This document shows, one piece after another, positions 51,468 through 62,225 of a stretch of 64,000 bases of DNA. The DNA comes from Octopus sinensis (Eukaryota). The stretch covers positions 68,944,001 through 69,008,000 of the forward strand of contig NC_042998.1 of the NCBI RefSeq assembly GCF_006345805.1. The letters are read 5' to 3'. How positions within the stretch are numbered: position 1 is the first letter of the stretch; every line of letters begins with the position of its first letter. The translations under genes and the position numbers were made by a program. The notes beneath the pieces were generated by a model that saw only the letters and a list, made by a program, of their open reading frames with translations, was not told the origin of the DNA and searched no databases.

Positions 51468-52374
51468 ATTTGTCGGAAGTAAACCTAACATTCCATCCAA
51501 AACGATCTTCCAAGATGAAGACCCTACGGGTTTCATAGATAGACCTACAACCTTGCATCATAACATATTCTGAATTGACCAGTCAAAATTTTGGAGACAG
51601 CCTCTGTGCTAGTCAGACCTTCTTTAAGTTTTGAAATATATTTTTGTTAACGATGTTGGGGAAGTGCTGTTTATGGAGCTGGAGAGATTAATGTGTGAGG
51701 TTTACTTCTAGATTTTTTTTGTGTAACTACAGCGCTAGTCAGTTATTCAAAACCTGCAGAGAAGTCAACCATAGCTTTCATTGGAACTCTGTGCAAATTA
51801 TCTTAAAAGACATTCTTTCATTAAAGATGGTATTTTGGGATGAAACTTTGCATAAGACACTGAAGTGCCAAACTTGATTGATACCCAAGGATAAAACATT
51901 GTATTCTTCCAACAAATTTAGGCAGATTTTTTGTTTGTTTGTTTTTTAAAATAATATGAATTTAATTATTTAAATTTTTTAAAAATCAAATATTTATTAC
52001 AGAAGAAAGCTTCAGAGCGAGAGATTGGTGAAGAAAGGTTTTGTAGCTTTTCATTTAGGAAGTTAATAACGTTGGACACTGAGGAACAAGCTCTTGTTCA
52101 TTCATTAATTACCATCTTGTATCTTGGTTATTTAATTATCAAGTCTCATTTCTAGCTCTATTGACTTTCGGTTTTATCATCATTATCATTAACCATTATC
52201 ATGAACCATTATATTTCATTGATAATATATATGGTTTTTACACAGATTCCTAAATTAATATTGGAAGAATACAAAACTAAATTGCTGACAAAATAAACAC
52301 TTAAAATATTGAAATTGTTTTGTATTTTTTATTTCTTTCATAAAAACAATATTTGTCATTCTCATTTTCTTTAA

Positions 52375-52586
52375 CCCTTTTGATACCAACCTACCAGGGC
52401 TGGTTGTTCTATGATACAAATTTCTTATTTTAAAGTGATCTAAATTAAAACCATTCATCAAATTTTCATGTGAATTTATGTTCAAAATATCAACTAAATA
52501 ATGGCAGTTATTTTACTGAATTCTTCAATAATTTCAAAATTAATTCAAAAGCCATGCAATTCAATAGAAATATGGTAACAAAAGGG
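52375..52586. mobile_element. piggyBac-type MITE
   Basis: TTAA on both sides; TIR cccttttgatacca / tggtaacaaaaggg; related copies at 53547-53745, about 38349-38564 and about 50250-50413. Confidence 0.8.
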
Positions 52587-52744
52587 TTAACATGTTTATT
52601 ATCATCATCGTTTAACGTCCGTTATCCATGCTGGCATGGGTTGGACGGTTTGACTGAGGTCTGGAGAGCCAGCAGCTGCACCAGGCTCCAATCTGATCTA
52701 GCAATGTTTATTTCTACAGCTGGACCTTCCTAACACCAACCACT

Positions 52745-53235
52745 CCAAGTGTGTAGTGGGTGCTTTTTATGTGCCACTAGCATGGGAGCCAGTCAGTGGG
52801 TACAGGCATCGGCCACATTCGGATGGTGCTTTTTATGTGCCATGAACACAGGGGCCAGTCAGTGGGTACTGGCATCAGCCACGTTCAGATGGTGCTTTTT
52901 ATGTGCCAGTCAGCAGGTACTGGCTTTGATCACGTAAGGATGGTGCTTTTTACATTTCACTGGCACAGGAGCCAGTCAGTAAGTACTGGCATAGGCCATG
53001 TTTGGATGGTGCTTTTTTACATGCCGTCGGCACAGGAGCCAGTCAGGGGGTACTGGCATAGGCCACGTAAGAATAGTGCTTTTTATGTTCCACCAGTACA
53101 GGAGCCAGTCGGGGTACTGGCATCGGTCACATTCAGATGGTGCTTTTTATGTGCCACCAACACAGGAGCCAGTTAAGGGTTACTGCATCAGCCACATTTG
53201 GATAGTGCTACTGGCATAGGGGCCAGTCGGGGTAC
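52745..53235 (-). repeat. ~65-bp tandem module (7-8 copies) inside an S3 element
   Basis: Repeated ggtgctttttatgtgcc...ggagccagtcag..tactggc. Confidence 0.85.
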
Positions 53236-53546
53236 TGGCATCAATCACAATCTAATTTATGGTTATTGCTCTACTGAAGAAAAATCCAACCATATAAAAA
53301 AGCCGAGTGCTGATGCCTCATATAAAGCATCAGTGTGGGTTCCACATAAAAAGCACCGAACACACTCTGTCAAGTGATTGGCATTAGGAAGGGCACCCAG
53401 CCATAGAAACCATGGCAAAACAGACAATGGAATCTGGTGTGGTTTCTGACCTTTTCAGCTCCTATCAAATCATCCAACCCACATCAGCAGGGAAAATACA
53501 TCTAATGGTGATGTTGAATCTGCTTCACTTGAGGATTTTTTTTTAA

Positions 53547-53745
53547 TCCTTTCGTTACCAACACAACTGAGACTGGCTCTGTAATACAAATGTCTGGTTT
53601 TCATAAGTTGTGAATTAAAATCCTCCAGACCTTAGTCACAATTTATGTTCCTAACACTACTTGAATAAGTTATTTTACTAAATTCTTTGTTATATTTAAA
53701 ATAATTGAAACAGAGCATCTCAAAATAAATACAGTAACAAAAGGG
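53547..53745. mobile_element. piggyBac-type MITE, second copy
   Basis: ttaa-tcctttcgttacc ... gtaacaaaaggg-ttaa. Confidence 0.72.
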
Positions 53746-56264
53746 TTAAAATATATAATAGAGAAACAATTCTTAAATGACTTATACTTCCCTATTCTTG
53801 GATATGCATCTGTGGTTACAAATCAGACCTGTAAATATTTGCTTCAATGTGACTGGTGTAACTCTGTATGCCTCCTCTCTTATCATGCTGAGTGTATCTC
53901 TCATATTTTCATTCCTTTTCTCAGCAACAAGACCTTTTTGTATGTATCACTTGAAAGGTTGAAATTACTTTTCCACTTGGTTTTCAAATTGCTTTTTCTT
54001 TTCTTTTTTTTTTTTTGGTTTTCCGAACATTGACCATAGTATAGCTTGTCCATTAACTCTATTGCATAAACTGGCCATATCCAGCTAAAATATTCTTCCT
54101 GTTTCGAACTGATCAGATCCAACCTCTCACTTTTATCCTACAATGTCAGTTCAGAAGTAAACAATCTCATTATCGAAATCCGAAGGCTACAAGATAATGC
54201 AGGATTTACTTCCCAACCACATGGTTCCAGGTTCAGTCCCACTATGGGGAACCTTGGGCAAGTGTCTTCTATAGTCTCGGGCCAACCAAAGCCTTGTGAG
54301 TGGATTTGATTGACAGAAACTGAAAGAAGCCCATCACTGTAGAGATAACCTTAAGTCATTTGTGTCTTTATGTCTGTGTTTGCCCCCACCACCACTGTTT
54401 GACAATTGGTGTCTTCATAACTTAGCAGTTCAGCAAAAGAGGCTGATAGAAAAGTACCAGACTTAAAAAATAAAAAGTACCAGGCTTTAAAAAAAAATAA
54501 TAAAATCAGTTCTGGAGTTGGTCTGAACAGCTAAAATTCCCAAAGGTGGTGCCCCAGCATGGCTGCAGTCTAATAACTGCAATATAAGATAAAGAACACC
54601 CTCATCCTTTTGTACTTGGGTTTGGATCAGGCTGTGCTTTTTGTCAAACAGGGCTGCAGCATCCATCAAAAGATGCCTTTTCAATGCAATTTTTCAACAA
54701 GATATCCTGTTAAATTTCCCAATCAGTTTGAACACTGAAATCCCAAAGGACAGTGACTTCAGCGTTCTGCACAACTTCTGGGAGGTTTATGTCCCCACCA
54801 ATTCTCTTTGTGAGCAGGTTCTAAGTGTGGCATATTTACCAGTGTATGTACTGAACTGCCACATCATAGCAAGTATTCTGTTGTTATTGTTACTGTTATT
54901 ATTATTACTATTATTACTACTACTAAGGTGGTGAGCTGGCAGAATCATTAGCACGCCAGGCAAAATGCTTAGAGGCATTTCATCAATCCTTACATTCTGA
55001 GTTCAAATTCCACCAAGGTCAACTTTACCTTTCATCCTTTCAGGATCAATGAAATAAGTACCAATTATGCACTGGGGTCAATTTAACTGACTTGCCCCCT
55101 TTCCCAAAATTTCAGGCCTCTGTCTATAGAAGAAAAGATTATTATTGAGTGAGAGAGCAGTGCATGCCATCAGTGACACTGGGGTACAAATGTACGAAGT
55201 CCAATATACCCATCTGATAAGGGCACACTAGGAACATGCATCACAACCATATGTGTGCAACATGGTGATCTCATATCAAGATAAACAGTACATGACCTTG
55301 CAGGTGGGGCCCAGTTAGAATTTTCTTCAGATCAAGTAGCCCATCCTGCTCAAAAGGTCCCTGAAAAAGGGCCGTTTAAGGATGTTGAACAAAACACCCA
55401 TGTTTCCAGAGGGGAATTATTCAAGCCCCAAAGAATTCCTTTCAACACATGGCTATGATGCTCCCCCACTACTTCTGCTTGAGATCAGAGATGCACATAT
55501 CATCAGCCACCAAGGGACATCTTCAACTGGTTATGGTCAAGCAACTGTTAAGCAAATCTGTGGTATTGAGCAGAATATTTGCTGTAGCCCATCTTTTGCA
55601 GCATTTCCTTCCCTCTTAATGTTCTGAGTTCCAAATTCTGCTGAAGTTGACCTTGTTTTTATCTTTTCAGGGTCTTTATCAAGAACGCCACACCGTCACT
55701 GTCATATGATGATAGACAAAGTAGAGTAGCAAAATGCACTGCTGATTGCTGCTGACTGCTTGCCTCATATGTTTGTATTTATAGTATTAAGACGCACACG
55801 TGTTAAGTGGGTCACATTTTTTTATTGTTTTATCAGATTGAGTTGCGGACTAGGTGACTTAATATACACACACAGCAAGGCTGTCAGCTGGCAGAATGTT
55901 AAGCATACTAGCAAAAAATACTTGGCATCATTTCATTTGTCCTTACATTCTGACGAGATCAAATTTGCCTTTCATTCTTTTGAAGAGGAGAGCAGGATGA
56001 ATAAAATAAGTACCAGTTGAACACTAGCACTGAAGTAACCAACTTTACTCCTCCTCCGAAACTGCTGGCCCTGAGCCAAAATTTGAAACCATTTATATTA
56101 TCATCAGAGTTATTTATTGCTAATGTGAAAAAAGACACTATTTATCCATAAAATTTGAACAAAATTTCTTCGGTAAACTATTGGAATCATAATACAGTTC
56201 CATATTTAAGAGAAAAGGAATTATTTACATTTGACAGATATTTGTCCTCGTCTTGTTTGTTGTT

Positions 56265-56310
56265 AGCACAACATTTCGGCTGATATACCCTCCAGCCTTC
56301 ATCAGGTGTC
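56265..56310 (-). ncRNA. Minimal hammerhead (family A), inverted copy
   Basis: Minus strand: gacac-CTGATGA-a-ggctg...cagcc-GAAAT-GTT-gtg. Confidence 0.62.
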
Positions 56311-56416
56311 AAGATTCTGAGTTCGATTCCAGGCAGTGATCAGAATAATAATAATAATAATAATAACATTGAAAAATACCTTAGGAATGAGAAGCCAGGG
56401 TCGAAATTTCCCCCAA

Positions 56417-56462
56417 GACACCTGACGAAGGCTGGAGGGTATATCAGCCGAAACGTTATGTT
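56417..56462 (+). ncRNA. Minimal hammerhead (family A), intact core
   Basis: gacac-CTGACGA-a-ggctg(gagggtatat)cagcc-GAAAC-GTT-atgtt; AACGTT palindrome as stem III; first stem I pair disrupted. Confidence 0.68.
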
Positions 56463-56807
56463 AACAACAAACATGATGAGGACAAATATCCGTCAAATGT
56501 AAATAATGTATTGGAATCATGTAAAAATGAAGAACTAAAGAATATCAAGAATTGAAATGTGTTTTTTATTCAGTGTATTTAATGAGAAAATAAATGTTGA
56601 AATACATGAGGAATGAGTGTGTCTTATGAAAGGAAAAAATAATATAAATAACTTAAATTTATTGGAAAGCGGACGTTAAACGATGATGATGAATGATCTG
56701 TAGGGACACTGTATTTCATTATGCAACAATAATATCCTACAAGGTATATTAAACGTTTTTATAAGTCTATACTGTGTCCTCCTGTGTTAGCAGTGCACTT
56801 TACATCA

Positions 56808-57004
56808 CTTAAGGTTATCTCTACAGATATTTCTCTAAAGAAATTATAGCCAGCATTGATTTTGTTGTGATGTTTGATATCCAAGATACCTAAAGTAAAC
56901 AACAATGAGATTGAAGATGAAAAATAGTGTCTCGGATACAAAATGTCATAACAAAATTAGTGCTGGTTATAATTTCTACAGAAAAATCTGTAGAGACAAC
57001 CTTA
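56808..57004. mobile_element. Hairpin MITE, possibly PIF/Harbinger
   Basis: ~80-bp imperfect arms starting aggttatctctacag, flanked by tta and tag; same terminus at about 54327-54345. Confidence 0.5.
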
Positions 57005-57014
57005 GCAAGCAAAG

Positions 57015-57405
57015 GTGCAGGAGTGGCTGTGTGGTAAGTAGCTTGCTTACCAACCACATGGTTCCGGGTTCAACCCCACTGCATGGCACCTTGGGCAAAT
57101 GTCTTCTACTATAGCCTCGGGATGACCAAAGCCTTGTGAGTGGATTTGGTAGATGGAGACTGAAAGAAGCCCATCGTATATATATATATATGTGTGTTTG
57201 TGTCTGTCTGTGTTTGTCCACCCCAATATTGCTTGACAACCAATGTTGGTGTGTTTACGTCCACATAACTTAACAGTTCAGCAAAAGAGACCAATAGAAT
57301 AAGTTCTATGCTTACAAAGAATAAAACCTGCTGTCGATTTGCTCAACTAAAGGTGGTGCTCCAGCATAGCCACAGTCAAATGACTGAAACAAGTAAAAGA
57401 GTAAA
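57015..57405 (+). mobile_element. tRNA-derived SINE family S1 (representative; about 20 copies in window)
   Basis: ggagtggctgtgtggtaag head, internal (TA)/(TG) tract, tail gaaacaagtaaaaga; others at about 6231, 9010, 13353, 14870-15320, 17660, 29365, 33690, 37392, 46090-46805, 50500, 54205, 58786, 63555. Confidence 0.88.
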
Positions 57406-58947
57406 AAGTGTAAAAAAATAGTATCGCACATTTTCTCATAATATTGAATGGAAAAACATAATTTTAAAAAAACATGGTGTGACAAACAAGCCACCAGCAC
57501 CATTATGCATAACAAACAAATTCAAAGAGAACAATAGTCATATGAAGAGGGGGTTCTGTACATATTGTAGTTCCATAATTCAACAAATCAGTCAATCAAT
57601 TCATCAATCAATCTCCATTTTCCATACTGGGCTGAGTTGGACAGTTTGATAGGATCCGGTTTGATAGGGTTGTATTGTGCCCCAAAGTCAGCTTTAGCAG
57701 GATTTCAATGACTGGATGCCCTTCCTGACGCCAACCACTTTACTGTGTGTACTGGGTGCTTTTTTCATAATACCAGCACTCGTGACATTACGAAGCAACA
57801 TGCAAGACAGGAAAAACAAAGAAAAGGAAATGCACTTTTACATTTTACACTTTGGTAAACATTTTTCCAAAGGGTTTCTTAATATTAATGTTTCATATGT
57901 TTGTTTCTTTTTTTTTTTAATATCAACAACAACCATTGCGAAAATAAATTCTATAAAGAGACTGTTTCAGAAATAGATTACGGAGGAAAACTATTCCAGA
58001 ATTAAATTCTACAGACAGATGATCACTAATGTAAATTCTATAGAGAAAACATTCTTCATCATCTTCATTGTCATCATCGTCATCACCATTGCCATCATCA
58101 TCATCATCATCGCCATCATCACCACCAACATCATCATCATTTAATGTCCGTTGTCTATGTTGGCATGGGTTGGACGTGAGAGTGTAATGGGTGCTATTAC
58201 ATGCTACCAGCACAAGTGCCATTTGCATGACACCAGTATCTGCCAACAACTGCAATTTTGCTCGAACGAAGATGTTAACAAAATTCCTTTACTCTCGACA
58301 TATGTTTCGAAGACAACATGTTTTCATTCCAAAGGAATAAAGGGTGCATTATGCAATTTTGATGGGTCTTCTTCTCAAGCACAACATAATGCCAAAGATC
58401 TTGGTCATTGCCTCCGTGAGGCCCAACACTCAAAAGGAGCTTAGCCACTTTGCCTCCGTGAGGCCCAATGCCACAACTACAATTTTACTTGGCTTGACAT
58501 AAATTCTAGAGACAGAGTTTAATTTTTGCTGATTTCTTTTCACTATCAAGTAACAAAATATTGGTTTCAAATTTTGGCACAAGGCCAGCAGTTTCAGGGA
58601 AGGGACCAAGTCAATTACATCAACCCCAGTGCTCAGCTGGTACTTATTTTAGTCATCTCCAAAAGGATGAAAGGCAAAGTCAATCCTGGTGGTATTTAAA
58701 CTCAAAAAGAAATGCTGCTAAGCACATTGTCCAGCATGGGAATGTCTCTGCCAGCAAACTGCTTTACCAAGTAACAATATATAGCTGAAGGAGTGGTAAG
58801 TTGCTTGCTTACCAACTACATGGTTCCAGGTTCAGTCCCACTATGGGGAACCTTGGGCAAGTGTCTTCTACTATAGCCACGGGCCGACCAAAGCCTTGTG
58901 AGTGGATTTGGTACATGGAAACTGAAAGAAGCCCGTCATATATATAT

Positions 58948-59261
58948 AAGTAGGTGAATGAATTATCCTATGTTTATCGTCAGCATGGAAAATTCGTTTA
59001 ACTGAAACCTGGGTAGCAAATTCACGTCAGAAACACGGTTGAAGCGACCTGTCAAGGGTAGAAACTCTGGGTTCATGTGCAGAAATTTGTGTGTTGTATA
59101 TGAATAAATGAAAGAATGGAGTCGAACGAAGATGTTAACAAAATTCCTTTACTCTCGACATATGTTTCGAAGACAACATGTTTTCATTCCAAAGGAATAA
59201 AGGGTGCATTATGCAATCTCCCTTTCTTTCGTTCGACTCCATTCTTTCATTTATTCATATA
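58948..59261 (-). mobile_element. PLE-like fragment with 3' half-hammerhead and 34-bp inversion, inserted in the (TA)n of a SINE
   Basis: Minus strand ttgtcttc-GAAAC-atat-GTC-gagag; 59097-59130 and 59228-59261 are perfect inverted repeats; host SINE halves at 58786-58947 and 59262-59480. Confidence 0.58.
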
Positions 59262-59649
59262 TATATATATATGTGTGTATATGTTTGTGTGTCTGTGTTT
59301 GTCATCGCTTGATAACCGATGGCGGTGTGTTTACATCCCCGTAACTTAGCAGTTCGGCAAAACAGACCAATAGAATAAGTACTAGGCTTCCAAAGAATAA
59401 GTCCTGGAGTCAATTTGCTTGACTAAAGGCGGTGCTCCAGCATGGCCACAGTCAAATGACTGAAGCAAGTAAAAGAGTAATAATAATTTCTTCCAGAGTT
59501 ACAGAGTAGAAAAAATAAGTAAGCTTGACATCCATCAAGTCCTTCCAAGAATTTTATCGACGTGGAATAGTCCTAACTGGGAATCAAAACTGGTTTAACC
59601 CATTAAGTCCCAGAGTACTTAAATTTTTGAATATTACTTTTAAATTTTC

Positions 59650-60540
59650 ACAGATGATTGAAAATATGTTAGAATGAAAGAAAAAACTCAAATTAAAGAT
59701 CAAGCAGGATGTCCAGTTGAGTTTGATGATAAGCTCCGTGAGGCATTACTTGAAGAAAAATCCTGTATTACCAGTTGAACAATTGGCAATAAAGCTTAGT
59801 TCAAACCATACAACTGTTCATCGTCATCAACAACTTGGAAAGGTTCCTAAACTTGGAAAATGGGTGCCTCATGAATTGTCTGAAAGCAACCACAAATCCT
59901 GAGTTGACCTCTGCTCTTCTCTCCATTCTCGCGAAATCATTTCACCCTTTTTGGATAGACTTGTGACTGGTGATGAAAAATGGATCTTCTATCGAAATGT
60001 TAAACATCGTAAACAGTGGCTTGGTAAAAGGGAAAAAGCTCAACCACAACTGAGAAGGGAACTTCATGGGAAAAAGGTTTTTCTCTCTATCTGGTGGATT
60101 GCAAAGGAGTAATTCACTTTGAATTGTTACCACCTAATGCAACAATCAATGCTCAAGTCTACTGTCAGCAATTAGAGCATTTGAACCAAGCTTTGAAGAA
60201 AAAAACCCTGCTTTAGTGAATTGAAAAGGAGTGATGTTTCATCAGGACAATACACAACCCCACACTGCAAAGATCACACCACAGAAGATCGAAGAGCTTG
60301 GTTGTGAAAAAATTCCTCATCCACCGTATTCTCCTGACCTTGCTCCTTCAGACTACCATTTGTTTCATAGCTTACAGAATCATTTGGGGAACATAACTTT
60401 CGCAAGCCAGGAGGAGGTTGAAACTGACATATCAGAATTCTTTACTTTGAAACCAAAAGACTTTTACATTGATGGGATTAAAAGCTTGTAAATAGATGGA
60501 AGGAAATAATAGATAATCAGGGAAAGTACACTGGTGATTA
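59650..60540 (+). pseudogene. Decayed mariner D,D34D transposase
   Basis: GKWVPHEL, LVTGDEKW, FHQDN, HPPYSPDLAPSDYHLF motifs with stops and frameshifts. Confidence 0.92.
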
Positions 60541-60614
60541 ATTTTCAATTAAACATAGCATTTGATATATATATGTATGTATATACATATATATACACAC
60601 ACACACATATATAT

Positions 60615-60975
60615 ATCATCATCGTTTAACGTCTGCTTTCCATGCTGGCATGGGTTGGACAGAGGACTGGCAAGCCAGATGGCTGCACCAGGCTCCAATC
60701 TGATCTGGCAGAGTTTCTACAGCTTGATGCCCTTCCTAACGCCAACCACTCCGAGAGTGTAAAGGGTGCTTTTATGTGCCACAGGCACAAGAGCCAGTCA
60801 GGTGGTACTGGCAACAGCCGCGCTCAAATGGTGTTTTTTACATGCCACCTGCACAGGAGCCAGTCCGGTGGCACTGGTAATGACCTCGCTCGAATGTCAT
60901 TTTTCACGTGCCACCAGCAAAGTGCCCGTAAGGCAACGCTGGTAACGATCACACTTGAATGGTGCTATTTACATG
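60615..60975 (-). mobile_element. RTE-tail SINE/LINE 3' end family S3 (representative; more than 15 copies)
   Basis: Ends in ggacgttaaacgatgatgat, as in the LINE tail at about 12200-12355; others at about 1085-1865, 2090, 5865, 9985, 17310, 18040, 36790, 39850, 45835, 47500, 49895, 52600, 53330, 58120. Confidence 0.88.
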
Positions 60976-62002
60976 CCAATTCAGCAATGTTCCAATAGTG
61001 TGGAAGAATTGAATGCCTAGCCCTTTCGTTTGAGCTTTGTTAAATGTTCTTTCTAAGCTCCATCATTGTCCACATTTAAACAGAAAACAATAGTGACCAA
61101 TGCCTTAGTGTTTTATATCTGTCTTTATCTGTTTGTATATTGACTATTTACCAGTAACAATACTGCTTTCTGATGTTTGATATCATGATTAACAAATACA
61201 TATGTGTGTGTATGTGTGTGTGTGAAGGTGTGTGGCTAAGTGGTTAGGGCATTCGACTCACAATTGTAAGGTGGTGAGTTCCATTCCTGGCAGAGTATTG
61301 TGTCCTTGAGCAAGACACTTTATTTCACATTGCTCCAGTCTACTCAGCTGGCAAAAATGAGTAGTACTGTGTCATGCTGAATCTCTCTGAGAACTTCGTT
61401 AAGGGTACACGTGTCCGTGGATTGCTCAGCCATTTGCACGTTAATTTCACGAGCAAGCTGTTGCGTTGATCTTATCAGCTGGGACCCTGGTCATTGTGAC
61501 CAACAGAGTGCTCCTATATATGTATATACAAACTATATTCAGTGCTTAATTAAGTGGTTCAGTACAGTATCATCAAACTGTGTATCCCAATTCCAAAGCC
61601 AATGATCAATGGAAATGCCAAACAATTACACACCAGGGCCCGTTGCCAGGGCCACGGATTGGCTCCCGTACTGGTGACAAGTGAAAAGCACCATTCAAGC
61701 GTGATCATTGCCAGTGTCACCTTACCGGCGTGTGTGTGTTTGTCCCCCAACATTATTTGACAACCGATGGTGTGTTTACATCCCCATAACTTAGCGGTTC
61801 AGCAAAAGAGACCGATAGAATAAGTACTAGGCTTACAAGGAATAAACCTGGAGTCCATTTGCTCGACTAAAGGTGGTGCTCTAGCATGGCCAGTCACTGC
61901 TAAGTGATGGTGACATAAACAAATCAACACTGGTTGCCAAGCAGTGGGAAAGGGGACAAAGATACACACACACATCATTTAATGTATACATTATCAAGAG
62001 AC

Positions 62003-62088
62003 AAGCTCCTAATAGTTTCTTGCTGTGAAGACACGTGCTAAGCAGGTTTTTATAACACACCTTACATCTCCAAGCAATCTTCGGGCTT
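62003..62088 (-). ncRNA. Degenerate type I hammerhead (two core substitutions)
   Basis: Minus strand: aagc-CCGAAGA-ttgct...agcaa-GAAAC-tatta-GGA-gctt; stems I and II pair perfectly; stem III matches the 13206 ribozyme. Confidence 0.6.
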
Positions 62089-62130
62089 TAAACACATAAT
62101 CTGTTCCTTAACAGATTATGTGTTTAAACA

Positions 62131-62187
<57 letters not shown>

Positions 62188-62190
<3 letters not shown>

Positions 62191-62225
62191 TAGCAGCTAA
62201 GCCCAGTATCACCCGGTCTGTTTGG
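62188..62225 (-). mobile_element. Helitron-like 3' terminus
   Basis: Minus strand ccgggtgatactgggcttagctgCTAG followed by (TA)n. Confidence 0.4.

Larger units (their letters stand above)
56221..56510 (+). mobile_element. Family A element with 5' inversion (head-to-head hammerheads)
   Basis: 56221-56310 is the reverse complement of 56417-56505, fused to a tRNA head truncated just before the B box. Confidence 0.75.

Noticed and set aside
52745-53235. Second CRISPR-like array
   Set aside because: Tandem module of a dispersed retroelement; the whole unit is homologous between copies
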